Assembly (NCBI GenBank): GCA_964187785.1
Contig: OZ076409.1
Coordinates: 25,980,001-26,044,000 of the forward strand
Reading direction: 5' to 3'
From: Amphiscolops sp. MND2022
Lineage: Eukaryota
Length of the DNA stretch: 64,000 bases
Shown: positions 37,830 to 51,000 of the stretch, piece by piece
How the letters are laid out: each line of letters begins with the position of its first letter
Numbering within the stretch: the first letter of the stretch is position 1
Program-made: the position numbers and the translations under genes
Notes under the pieces: generated by a model
Databases searched by the model: none
What the model saw: the letters and a program-made list of their open reading frames with translations, nothing else
What the model was told of the DNA's origin: nothing

Positions 37830-39870
37830 CACTCCCGTCACTTCGTGTGATTGAGCAAATTCCTGTGGACAGTTTGACAGTTTAATTATCTCATCAACTT
37901 CAACGTATCAAGATTAATGTTTTCCAGTTAATCATTGTTCGTCTTTAGGAAGAATCAACACAAGTTTTTGGATTGGCCTGGACAAACAAGACTTAACTCC
38001 ATTCTTTGCGACAATTTCAACTTCAACATCTCTCACTAATCCATCTCGTCCAGGATATACTTCTCGAATCCTTCCTAACTTCCATCATCCTCTTATTGTA
38101 TCTTGATCTTCCACTATCACTACATCATCCTTTTCAAAGTTCCTGTGAGTATCACGCTCTTCTTGCTTTTACTAGATCCGATCGCTCGCGAACAGATTTG
38201 TCCAGGAATAATCTGCATTCATCTGTCCGATGTTCTGATCCAGGATGCAAAAAACATTTCGGATTAGCTGGCATTGTCCACTATCTCTTACCAGGTTCAG
38301 TCGAACATTAGCCTTTACTTCTTCTTTATTTCGTTTCAACAAATTCAAGTCATATTCAACTACCATTTTCCTCTCTAACAAAAATTTTAGAAAACCGGGA
38401 AACTTATCGCCTTTGTCAATTGCACTATCTTTCTCGTAAATTCTTTCAATCCATTTTTTTCTCAAGTCGTCAGGCAATTTTTCTTCAATTATTGAAATAA
38501 TTGTACTGTTTTTTATTTCAGGCTCCCGCCAAAGATATTTCAATTCCATACTTGCTTTCTCTATGATGTCAATAAAAGCCAGGAGACGTCTTTCTTCGTT
38601 TTCTTTTATCGGTCGTAAATGTTTAATATCATTGAGAACAATTTCTACAATCTTGCCTTCATCGCCATACCTCTCATCTAACCGTGTCCACATTTCTTTG
38701 ATACTGTCACTCAGATTACGGACCAAACTTTTCGCATTGTCAGGCAACGCGTTTCGTAAGGCATATGAGACAGTTGACTCATCCACGATGACAGAAGAAA
38801 CTTGTTTTTCGAAGTCTTTTTTGAACTGTGGCCAATCTCTACAGTTACCACTAAACTTGGGAAATTTCATTTTTTCCATGTGCGTTAGCACTCGTTTTGC
38901 ATCTACTGCATCTCCCCCATCGCACTCACTTTGGCACGTAAGAGAGTTCGACGCTTGGTAGAAGATAACATCAAATTTGTTAAAGATTTTTGTAAAAACA
39001 TTTGAGTCCAATTCTTCTAGTTCACCCGAATCTTTCATTTCCGAAAAAGCCTCGAATAGCTCCGTAACTTCTTTAAATTGTCTTTGAAAGTCGCCTTTTA
39101 CTGCTTTCAAAGTTTTATCGTTCGGCGCTGAAATGTTTTCGAAAGGTTGGCAAATGTTACTGAGTCTATTCAGTTCGATATTGTATCTGTCGTTCAATTT
39201 TCGACATCTTTCTCTAAGCTCATTCCTTTTCAAATCTTCCTCCTTTTCGGCAACTCTTTTAGCATTTTTTTCAAAATTGGTTTTTTCTGAAGACATTGTC
39301 TTTTCCTTTAAAATCTTTTCGAATTGGCATTTTTTCGATCTTAATTCATGGAATTTGGATTCAGGTTCGTCTATCCACAAAATTTCAGCTTCATATGTAT
39401 CCTCATTAACTGTTAACATGTAACGTTCATGTGCACTTTGGACATTGAACCATGTTTTTGACACATCTTGGAACATCTCTTGGTGCTCTTCAAAATCGGG
39501 ATCAAAAGTTAACAAGAAGTTCTCATACCTTGTACATGCTTTATTGAAATTTCTGAGAGATAACGCCCTTGCTTTTTTTCCATGATGCTGTGATTTGAAT
39601 GTTCCGCCTATGGGGAAAACGTCTTGGGGAAGAGGCTGCAGGTATTCGTCAAAAGTCTTTTTTGTTTTCAAATCTGAACAATATTTGGGTTGTTACACAA
39701 TTCTGATTTTCTATTTACCGCGATTAATGAATCATTGAAAAGTTAACTAACCACACTGCAACAAGTAAAAATCCTTCCAAAATGGCAATCGAATCAATAG
39801 TTTCATTGGTTGATCATGACTTTTTGATGTATGAGTTGATTCAATCAAATTATGAGTCATCTGAATGACA
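37561..39870 (-). mobile_element. Second, internally deleted BEL/Pao copy in tandem, sharing the middle LTR
   Basis: Third LTR at 39600-39870; gag ORF 38172-39671; pol missing at the junction 38153-38157. Confidence 0.9.
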
Positions 39871-40385
39871 CAAATATTAGCAAAGTCCGGGTTGGTTGGT
39901 TAAATTTGTGTAGGTCTGAATCTGGCATCTCGTGCACCCTTTGCATCTTCAGATCCTATGCCTGGACCCAAAGACTGTAGTCCCCACGTGTATCTGTGGT
40001 ATCTCTAAAGGTGTTAAATGCTACCTGAATCTGAATATCATTGTTTGACCAGCAAAATCCTGCGTTTATGTCCCTATTTGTTTAAAGAACACGCAGTTTT
40101 TATATTGCAATGTTACTAAAAAAGAGTATCAGGTTCTCTGACTTTGAGGACGTCGCAATGACGGTGGTCTAAAAATAGCAATTGAAAAGCCGCGTGCCTG
40201 GCGTCACATACTTTAGGTGAAGTAAGGTATCAATGCAAATGTCAGTGTAAGCAAATTCGCTTTATATAATTAACTAGTCAACTGCGTACGCACCGTACTT
40301 AGAACGCGTTTCCTTCTAGTAAAATCTAGTGTTAAAAAATCTAGTAAAATATTCAACCTTTTGCGAATCTTGACATGCATACCTG

Positions 40386-40968
40386 CGCTAGTTTAGAAGA
40401 AATTGAAATCTTGCACTTATATTTTGCGAGCCGTTGTCAGTCTTGCGAGAATCTTGCAAGACCTTGCAAAGCTTGCAAGATGATTAATTAGATAGAATCT
40501 TGAAGACATCATATTTATGGTTGTCAAAGATGGTCTTTTTCACTAGTTTTTGTTCTTTTTTTTCCCAAGACAAAGTACACCTACGACCAATTTAGGTTCA
40601 TTCGGCCTACTTCTAAAGTGAAAACTTCGTATCTATCTAGCAGTCTCCACTAAGTCAATATTGAATGGAGAAAACTGAGGTGACTAAAGCAAGATTACTG
40701 TCTACGAACATCTTGTGACTAGCGGAGTTGATCATTCGGTGATGTCCATTGCAGAGAACACAACGAAAGGTTTTTTGGACACCGAGAATTCTCAGTTGAA
40801 GCATGCAAATATCTTGGTACTTTCTTTGCAAATCTCTTGCAATTTTGATTCATTTTTCGCAAGAAGTTTGTAAGAATGTTGCAAGACAGTTTGTAAGAAT
40901 AATGCATTATCTTGCAAGATGTCTTGCAAGATATTTTCAAGAATGATAGATGTTTTAAATCTAGGGAG
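40386..40968. repeat. MITE-like repeat with TCTTGCAAGA arrays at both ends
   Basis: Clusters of cttgcaag at 40440-40505 and 40810-40940; boundaries approximate. Confidence 0.45.
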
Positions 40969-41244
40969 CGAATAATATTGTATCATCTTTGCTCCCTTCA
41001 CTGCCTTTATTAATATAACGATAGCGTTTTATTTGAAAAGGAAGTTCAGTCTTTTTTATTCGTCAACTATCTGAAACAGTCAACTAAACGTCCATTGAAA
41101 ATGTGCAAATTTTTTCCTGTTGGCAAAAACAACGAGACCAAAAGGCCGCTTCGGGCTTTTTTCAACAATGGTCCTTTTTCTGGAGAAATTATTGTTCCAT
41201 TAGCAAACAAAGTTTCACAAAGATTTAAAATGCATCCCGGAACC

Positions 41245-44200
41245 TGTAAATGCCGATGGATAAATAAAAATTGAATTTCAAAGTAAGGTTTCGACAGTAG
41301 TGAGTTAACACGTACAATGTATCATCAGAGCATGCAATACAATCAACTGAATCTATCGTTAGCACAGGCACTAAATGTTCTACGATGAGAATGTTTCTAT
41401 GGCAGGTACTTTGAACTTAAACAATTGAAATGGCCATGTGAATGGTATCTTCTCCTCATTCCCCCTTCTGCAGTTAGGGAAACCAATCCTGATTCCCGGA
41501 GTGTTTCTTGTCGGATTGTCTGGCTTGCGTGTTCTCTTTCTTCAATTTTGGAAGGGGATTTGTAAGGAATCTTCGAAGTGGGCTGGAGATTGTTCCTAAA
41601 CGACCAATATTAGTAATATTCTACCAGCATTCGAATATTAGAAATTTTGAAACTCCGTGAATCGGTATTTTTACAAATTTGAGCCGTTGGCCATTTACTA
41701 AATCGGTCGACGGCCACCAAAATGTACACGTTACAGCGTGTCTTTGATTTTATTGGACCAGCGAAGTCCAATTGAAATTCTTGATATGGTTCAGACAAAA
41801 TTTCTAGTTTATTTTTCTCTGTGGACGGTAACTGTGTTACGAGATTCTTACCTGAAGCTCTGCAACTAGGACAATTTTCTACCTTTTCTCGAATTTCTTG
41901 ATAGATGCCGGGCCACCAAAATTCTGCCGCTAGTTGGTCCATCTTTGTCGCAGATGGGTGTCCTTGCTGAAGCAGAGCTATGACTGTTGTCCGCATGTTT
42001 TCGGGTATGATGATATTGTCATTGTATAAGAGAAGACCAAATCTGGCGGTTAGATGGCTTCTGTGTGGGCGATATATGGAGAATATGTCTTCTGGACGAT
42101 CTTTTTCTAGGGCGGCGATGGCGCTTAAAATCTTCACGTCCCTCGCTGTTTCGTCCACGAGCATTGGAAGGTCGAGAGCGAAGTCTTTCTCTGCCCTTTT
42201 GATGGTCTCCTCTGTGTGTTCGTTTTGGTTATCGTCCAACGTATTTGCTTTGACCGTCTGTTTCAGTCTGATTGGGTTGACGGTTTCGTGTTTCCGGAAT
42301 TTCTTGATTGCATTTGCAGGGCATTTCTCTTGTCGGACGTTGCGCTCCTGGCTCTCGCTGTCTGATGAGTTTTGAAAGATCCAAGTCTCATGGTTGTTTT
42401 GTTGGTATTCTCTCAGCGGTGTAGTTCCCAAAGTTTCACAATATTGAAAAAAAACGGTTATAAATTTAGATACTTAGCTCCACTATCCGCTTTCGTGCTT
42501 GTTGTGGGTGCCGATATTCTTGGAGTCGTTCGTGGTTGCTTCCCTTTCCGACTATTCTCGTCTTCTCTGATTTGAGAAGTCTCTTTCTCTCCGTCCCGAG
42601 TCGGTAGGTGTCTGGGGAATGGCCTCTCTTTTTAAAAATAAACTGCATATCGATACCATTAACTTTGTCCATTTTGCTATTTGGAGCGGATTGATCGAAT
42701 TTTAATAGTTTTGAAGTTGGATTAGCACCGTTCAATGGTAGTGAGGCTTCAAGCGAATGATTTTGTTTGTTCTGTTCACGCTTGCGTATGTCGTGCTGTG
42801 ATTGGTCAATTTTTTGTCCCGGTTTTATTCGTTACGTGAATCTCTTTATGCTTCCGTTCGTTTGGATGAATTTGAATAAGCCGTGTATTTGTTTTATCAC
42901 GAATTCTTCTTGGGATTCCGTTTCGGTTTGACCGCTTACGTCATTTTCCGTTTCGTTCTCAGCGGTGTTTACGATCGGATGTCGGCTTAAGTAATCCGTG
43001 AGCGGAATGTTTTTTCCAGCGGTATACTGTACGTTTGCATCAAAGTGACTCAATCTATCTAACCACTGTGTTAACCTAGCGCTATACTGCTTGTGCACCC
43101 TATTTCTTTTTAACAATGGTTGTAGTGCTTGGTGATCGGCTAACAAGTTGACTTTTACCGTAAACGTAGTATCTGAAATACTCTAATCCCCATAACGCTC
43201 CTAGTAGTTCTAGTTCAATAATAGCGTATTGCCTCTCTTAATCAGTGAGGAATCTACTAGCGAATGCAATCTGTCTGAAAATTTCGCCTTCTCTTTGCCA
43301 GAGTGTTGCCCCGAGTGCCGTGTTGCAAGCGTCTGTTGTCACGTAGTTGTCATTCTTTGTGTCGAAATGGGCGAGGCACGGTGATTCTGTTATCTCTTTC
43401 TTTAAATTCTCGAAATCACCATCTATTTCGGGCGTCCACTCCCAACGGGTTTCTTTTTTCAATAACCGTCTCATTCTGTCGGTCTTCTTGGACAAGTTAT
43501 TTATGAATTTTGACAAATGTTGTATCGAACCCAAAAAGGATTTTAATTCTTTGAGATTCTTTGGTGCGCTCAATTCGTTATTGCTTCTGTCTTGTCTTTT
43601 ATTGGTTTTACCCCGCTCTGGTTTATGTGGTAGCCCAGTCAGGTTAATTCTTGTTTGAAGAGTTCAGTTTTTTCTCTTGCTCTATATCCAGCGTTTTGAA
43701 ACCTGTTGAGTACTTCCCGTACTTCTTGTTCGTGTTCATCGATTGTTCCATTAGTTACACAGATGATGTCATCTAGCCACACTGGTGTTTTAAATTCTAG
43801 CACTTTGTCGATATGCTGATACTTTGCTGATTAATTCTTCCATGTTTGGCATTGCTGCCTTTCTCTTGACACATGCCTCATTCTGCTTCTTTGAGTCGAG
43901 GGCTATCTTCACGGATTTGTCCTTTTTTATGGCGATGACAGCTGGTGAGATAAAACAATTTTCCGTGGTTTTGTCTGCTTTCTCTAAGTGTCTTTTTTCA
44001 ATCAGCTTTTCTAGTTCATTTTTGACTGTTTTTTGAAAATGTATTGGTACTGGTCGTCCTTTTTGTTGTATTGGTTTCGTATCTCTTTTCAAATGGATAT
44101 CGATTGTCGGATCTTTGATTGTGTGACTATTTTTGAATAGGTCTTCGTATTCGTTTATAATCTTCTGTCGTCTTCCGTCAGTTTCGATGTGTCGGATAAA

Positions 44201-45758
44201 ATTCGTGTTTTTAATTCCTTGTAATCCGATTTCTTGTTTATCCAACCAATCCAATCCCAGTAAGGGTGGAATGTTCTTGTTTTCGGTAATTTGTATGGGT
44301 AAGACTTCTTTGCTTTTTTCCGTTTTCACTTCCACCATGGCTTCACCTTTGAATTTTATAGGGTTCTTGTTTACATCTACAAAGCATTTCGTGGTTTTGT
44401 GTATTTCTGTTGGACTAAATATCGGCGGTATTATCGTCACTGGAGAGTCGGTGTCAATGATGAATTCTATTGGCTGTCCCTGGACCAATAGTATCGTTTT
44501 GTAGAAGTCTACTCGGTTGATGCCGTTGACGGATTGGATAAGGTCGATATCTGGCCATGATTCTGTGTTGCAGTCCGTTGATGGTTCTTTCTGGATCCGA
44601 TTGACGGTCTTGGATTTGCACACTTTGGCTAAGTGTCCCATTTGTTTGCAGTTATTGCACTGTGCTCTCCGTGCTGGGCAGATGTGTTCCAAGGACCAGT
44701 TTGGTTTGCCGCAAAAGTGGCAGTTGCGGTTCGATAGCTTCTTCTTCCCAATTTCTGTTATCTTACGTTTCCGTGCTGGGTGTGTGTAGGCGACTTGTTC
44801 TTCGCTTGACGAGCTATCTGATGGGTGTTTTCTGTGTTTTTTGTTCGGCTTTTTGTCTCCGTATTTGCGATTGTAGTTGTCCTGTTCGATGGTTTCGAGG
44901 ACCATTTGGAGTTTCAGTTGCCCCTTTATGAATTTATCTCGGGCTTTTTTGTCATTGATAGTTGCTGCGATTTTGTACGTGATAATCTCTCCTGGTGTAA
45001 TTCTGTTGAATTCGCATTTTCTTTCGATGTCGACAAGTCTTTTCCATAGTTCATCTAATGTTTCGTTATCTTTTTGTTTGATGTTAAAGAATTGTGCTCG
45101 ACTGTGAAAAACATTTCGCGCAGCGATGAATGTTTCCTTAAATAGTTCCAATAGTTCTGATAGGTCCACATCTTTCAGCTCTCGGCCCCATTGACCCCTC
45201 ATAATTTCGTGTTTGGCTTCGGGGCCTAGTGCCGAGATAACATCTCCCTTGATGTGATTCACGGTGTGTGGGTCCATTTGATCAGCGCCTTGATCCATCA
45301 TTTCTTCTAGATGATTTCGGTTGTACGTAAGGTGTATCTACTCGGTAATTTGTTCCCACCACATTCGTGGGCTTATTTTTGTCAAATCGGTTTCTGTCCG
45401 AGAGGATTGGAATTTTGTATTTGTTTTTTTCCGTTCGGTCTGCTGTTGTCTGATTCATCATCGTCTGATTCGTGGCCAATTGGGCTGTTTGTACCGAAGT
45501 ATTCGGATCTGTTTGAATGTCCATTAGATTGCTGACTGCGCCATGTAAATGACCGATGGATAAATAAGAATTGAATTTGAAAGTAAGGTTTCGACAGTAG
45601 TGAGTTAACACGTACAATGTATCATCAGAGTATGCAATACAATCAACTCAATCTTTCGTTAGCACCGGCACTAAATGTTCTACGATGAGAATGTCTCTAT
45701 GGCAGGTACTTTGAACTTAAACAACTGAAATGGCCATGTGAATGGCATCTTCTCCTCA
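41245..45758 (-). mobile_element. Gypsy/Ty3 LTR retrotransposon, degenerate with internal deletions
   Basis: ~215-bp LTRs at 41245-41458 and 45544-45758; PBS TGGCGCAGTC (tRNA-Ser type); PPT agaagggggaa; TSD gaacc/gaact; gag CCHC knuckles, protease FIIDTDS, RT, RNase H (TTDAC..IAFASR), truncated integrase (QLDFAGP..VDRFSKW). Confidence 0.92.
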
Positions 45759-46859
45759 GAACTACCTTTGAGCCTCCAATTTACTTTTCGACAATTCTCA
45801 CCACTATTGAATATTGAACAGAGCAATTATTTTCAATTCACTGGACGGTCCCGTCTTTGTCTTGTTCTATAATTTCAGAACATCATTGTCGAAAGTCTTC
45901 TTGTATGTGAAATTTAATTATTCAGTGACTGTTAGGAAGAAAATCAGCGCAGCAGTGTTTTGATTGATCTTACCAATAGTTTAGCTGGTTTTGGCACTTT
46001 TTCAGTGTCAAGCTTGCTTCGTTTTCGTACTGAAACGTAATATCAAGATCGTTTTCTGGTATGAAATTTTAAGTATTGAATATACAATTTTTTGACGTTG
46101 ATTCCGACTTTTATTAAGTTTTGGCAGGATCAAGATGACTTCGATTTTAGGTGCTTTCAAACTTTGTTCATCTTTTCCAATTCAACCATTTCACAACTTT
46201 TATTCTGACATTTCGTTTATAACGATGAAAGATTGTAATTGTGTAGAATAACTTTGGCAAACCTCAAACTTTGAAGTTTATAGACTTATCGGTCCGAAAT
46301 CGATTTGAAACAGGTTGCCAATACATACACTCGCTGAACATCTTCGAGCCGTCCGAGGCAAATGCAAATTCTCTAAATCAAGCGCCAAGAGAACACGCGA
46401 GGTCTAACAATCTGGCGGTTTGGCTTTAAGAAAACTTATGATTGTTCTCACAAGTTTGCCCGTAACCTGTGGTCAAACTCACGGGATAATTGGATTCAAT
46501 AAATGATTTTTTGAGATTCCTAGTAGTCTAACAATTACTTATTCAAGTTGTCTAAATATAGAGATGAGTTTTGTTAAAGTGCTTCAGAGAAAGCAATGGC
46601 AGACCATTTGGCAACATCTCTGCCGCAACTTTGTAGGGTTGTTGTTTTGGTTAGTCTGAAAGAAAGAACGAAAGCTGGTGATTTCAAGTCATCTCTCTAG
46701 TTTTCGTTTTTCAAAAGGTTTTGAATCAGTTATAATGGATTGTCGTCTGGGAGTTTCGTTTTTGTGCGGTGCGGTGCTAGTAAGTATAGATGGAAAAAAC
46801 CAAGCGCGTGATGCTCCTAAGTGTCTCAAGATCACTGGCTTCATAGATTGGGTCCTTTG

Positions 46860-46967
46860 TCGTTTTTGAAAAGAATGGGTCTTCACCGAGACCGCTCATT
46901 TTAGTCACTATGATCATAGTGACTCAAATGAGCGGTCTCGGTGAAGACCCATTCTTTTCAAAAACGA
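46860..46967. repeat. 108-bp spacer-less palindrome with one mismatch
   Basis: Centre tga|tca at 46913/46914. Confidence 0.92.
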
Positions 46968-49399
46968 GGCTCGTATGAGCTTTCTAAATTCAATGTGATA
47001 CGTGCTTCTCAGTGAGCACTGTCGCTCCTCGTCAGAAATGCCATGTCAAACCAGATACCATCTTCAGTTCAGGTGTTGTTCACACGGAAAGAGTGCCAAA
47101 TTTATAAACCCAGAATTAGTGATAATTTTTCAAATCCTTAAAAAATTGATTTGTAATACATACAACCTGCTTCAATTAGTTGTTTCTTGGAAAACCTGCT
47201 TCGAGCGGATAAATGGTTGAAATCCTCATTTAGCGCCGTACTCCACAACCGTATTCGGGATGGCATACGTCAGAAAGATACTTGATAACTCAGAAAAAAA
47301 CGTAAAAAAAACTCAGACAAGTCTCAGAAAAGTGAGCAAAATCAACTGCTGCAACCATTTTGTACCAAATAAGATAAAGGCAAATTTGAAGCCATTATAA
47401 AACGGCCTTTGAGTGACAACAAATGTAGTTTTCTTTACCATCAAAAACCACAAAGACTTCATGCAAGAACATCCTGAGAGGTAAATGTGTTCAGTTAAGA
47501 ACTCTACAAGTGCTGATACTTTTCTGACGTCGGTATTTTTCCACAATTCACTCATGTTTTTACCTTTGGCTATAGTCCTAGTCTGGACTTCATTTTGCCA
47601 CTACTGTTGAAAAATCTGACCATCAAATCACATGGACTACAGGACTTGATTTTTCGAAAGCCAATCCGAACTTTTTGAAAAGGATTCTGAATGAAACGAA
47701 TCTGCTGATATTCGACTGTTCTTTTTGGAGCTAAAGTGAGTAAGCTTAGGAAGACCGATGATGCGTTCCCTTTTCTCATCGGCGACATTTTCTACTAGTT
47801 CTCTGCGGAAAATGCTGAATACCATGGCTTTGAGTTGCTTTACAAGCACGACACGTAAATTGCCAGAACAGTGCAGGTACAATGAGAGTCGGTGAGTTAG
47901 CATCACATGTTCAGCGAAGTGATCTTATGATGCCAGCCAACAAGGAGATTCCGAGTCTCGCTTTGCTATCCTTTGCCATTCAGGACTTGATTGTTCGAAT
48001 GAAGCCCACTTGATTATTGTTAAGAGGGATTTGTGGATATGCCACAAGGGAAAACTCGCATTTAAATTAGGGGCTCAGTACAAAAAACAAAAAAGGAGAA
48101 AAAAGTCAGATTGCAAGAATTGCTTCCAGCACAGTGATTGTTGAAAAATTTCTAAAGCGTTTTTATTCTAAACCAGTTAGAATCTGATTATTTGAATAAA
48201 ACCGAAAACGACATTTGGTGCGTCCATGACTCAAAATTGAGCAATGACTGCTAAACCATAATGAAAAACCTCGAAATAAACTGTCGAAGCAGAATAGAAT
48301 CTTGAGTTCAAAATCAAACCCACAAAATGCGGGTTGTTTTTTACGTGGCGTAGCAACAAAAAGCCTGTCCGAAACCTTTTCAAGAACTTTCTGCGCCAAT
48401 CTAAACACACGGGAGTCTCTGTACGGTCTTTTTCTCAACGCTCTTATAAAGCAGACGTTGGGGTCGTTCGACCTGCATTCATTGCCGGAATCTACTGGAG
48501 TGTTACAAACCGATGCCCAGATAGAGTTACCAAACTTAAAAAATTGATTTGAAAATTGGAGCCTAAATCGAATCCCCTTTGCTATTCTGGAACCACCGCT
48601 TGTGAAGTTGAATTGCACAAGAACGCAAAACACATCAAGTTGAGAATTTATCTTACATTTTTCCGATGCCAATTCACTGTGCGGAAAATGAATCATTCCC
48701 TTGAAAAAAAATAGTGCGGTATGAAATGTTTAGTTTCATATCAGCGATCAGTTTTGTTCTGTTTGTAACAACTCGGCTCTCCTCCTTCCAGAAGCGTTCG
48801 TTTCCCTCCGGGTCGGCCTTTGACAAAACCAGCCATCGGTCAAGTAATAACACGTCACTTCACTTCTGCAAACACACCGCTAGAGAAAAGTGACCAAAAC
48901 CGACTACGTTGCTTGAAACCTCGTATCTCATGGCTCTCCGCATTGCCATTACGGCACGTTTTCTAGGAACACTCTGCCACAGAGACATTTTCGCAAATAT
49001 TTAATGCCTTTGGTACCTCCTTTGTTGAATGTTCGCAGTTCGACGTAGTGCATCGCTGATGAAGTTTTCCGTCAGTTACGTCGACTGCGTGAGTGGCTGT
49101 CATGAGTAGTAGGAACTAGAAATTGCGTTTATTTTTCTGTTTATTGCGCAATAAAATTGCTCTCAAAAATTTTTTAATTGTGATCAAACTTGAATTTTCA
49201 AATGTAAAATCCACTTATTATAATAACTCATATGCAGCATTAACGTAAGCAATTGCATATTCTTTCACGTTTACACCAGCAAAATTTTGGCCTTTTGCCA
49301 ATATTTTCGTTCAATTTTGAGGATGAGTGTTCTATAATCGCATCGGATGAAGGACAATTCCGCAAGAGACACATTATTTCATTATTTCTGGACCGCAAT

Positions 49400-49930
49400 C
49401 TTCTGTGGGTTCCACGGCCTTCTTCAAATACAGGATTTTATTCAAACGAGATTTGAGATAAGAAACGATTTCAAATGCTGTGGGTTCGCGTTCAAAGTTT
49501 TTGATGAGGTCACATATTTTGCGATACCACTCCAACATAGTACAATCATCTCTTTCTAGATCTTGATCAAATCTGGTAGAACATGCATCATATATGCAGC
49601 TGCATCAGAAAGTAACAGAAGCATATAATTTCTCTCTATTTTCAATTGTCGTAGAACGCCATCCAGAAGGTTCGTTACAGAATCTGCAGTGGTATTTTCA
49701 ATTGGCTTTTGGCATTTTATCTGAGAAAATAGTGATAAAATTGATGAGAAGTACCTAATAATATAACAAAATCAGAATACGTGCTCGTGAAATGTTTAAT
49801 TTGGTCAAATAAGAAGTATAATGGCGTGAAAGAAACTTGTTTGCCTACTAAAACCACGTGTTGTACGTAAGAATTACCTAAATATTCTATCCAATAGGAT
49901 TTGAGAATGAAATTGCAGCTAAGCATTCAA
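49400..49930 (-). pseudogene. Degraded hAT-like transposase fragment
   Basis: Minus-strand translation VTNLLDGVLRQLKIERNYMLLLLSDAAAYM resembles the hAT-type 'LLSDAA.YM' catalytic segment; no long ORF. Confidence 0.35.
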
Positions 49931-50623
49931 TACAAGTAAAATTACCGTTATTGCACTTAATCCCTATGGTGCTGGCCGCAAATTGAAATGTCAGCTGTCT
50001 GCGCTGCATTATTCCGTCCGTTGCCATTCAATTTCCGTCGGCTGCTATTAATTCGTCCGCCAATCAAATTCAATCAAATCAACCACCAGTCCAAGTACGG
50101 GAAAATATATGAAAATTCTGATATTGAATCTGATGCAAATTTGGATTTAATTGAATTTGAATAAATATTTGTCAGCAATTTTGCCCGTTGTCCGCTCCCC
50201 TATGTCCGTTGTCCGCTTATAATGTCCGTGTCCGCAGCGGGCAGCACCTGAGCTTATTGCTTTTATTGCGTTTTGGTTCCCACTATAGTCATGAGTATCA
50301 AGTTTGCCAGCCTCTTTCCAGTAGATGACTCCCTTTGCAGTCAACGAGTATGTGCCACATCTTACCGTGGTGCTTAACACAACAATTTATATCCCTCAGA
50401 TGTTGTGATTAATATAATGAATAGTTTGAGAACAATGCCCAATACCAAAAATGCTTCGAGCAACAATGACAATGAGGACTCTACCCACATCATTGAAGGG
50501 ACGGAATGTTGTCAAAATAGAAGTGGTTGTAACGCTTGGAATCCGACTTGGCTCCCGAAAAATCTCGGAAGGCTCCACAAAGTTCACCTTTGATGTGTTT
50601 TTGCGCTGCTGCTGTGAAATAGA

Positions 50624-51000
50624 AACAAGCCGGGAACGGCCCAAGTCGGCGCCATATCGAAGGCTCAAAAAGACTCGAAAACCACTTTTTCTACAACTGG
50701 AGACAACAAAAGCTCTCAAAAAATTAAAAATTGAGAAAAAAAATTCCGAATTTTTTTTGAATTTTTTTTCGAAGTTTCCGGTAAGTCGCATAGTGCCGAA
50801 AAATGTAAAAGGAGGGACGCTTTTTATCTCATGTTAGACGCTTTGGATGCGTTGAAAATGAAGTACTTAGTACATATGGTAAAAGTTGGTAAATGTGCAT
50901 TAATTGCATTAATGCACAAAAAGTGGACGTTACGCGTTGAACTGACGAAAAAAAACTAGCCACTGTAAGAGTCGGGATTTTCTTCGAAAACGCCGACTAA
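50624..51000 (+). mobile_element. Helentron/DINE-1-like non-autonomous element
   Basis: aacaagccgggaacggcccaagtcggcgcc ... agtcgggattttcttcgaaaacgccgactaa. Confidence 0.7.

Noticed and set aside
33660..45535. Plus-strand ORFs over the BEL and Gypsy elements
   Set aside because: They are antisense shadows of the minus-strand gag-pol frames
47002..48696. ORFs of 70-177 aa as host genes
   Set aside because: No recognisable domain or consistent exon structure
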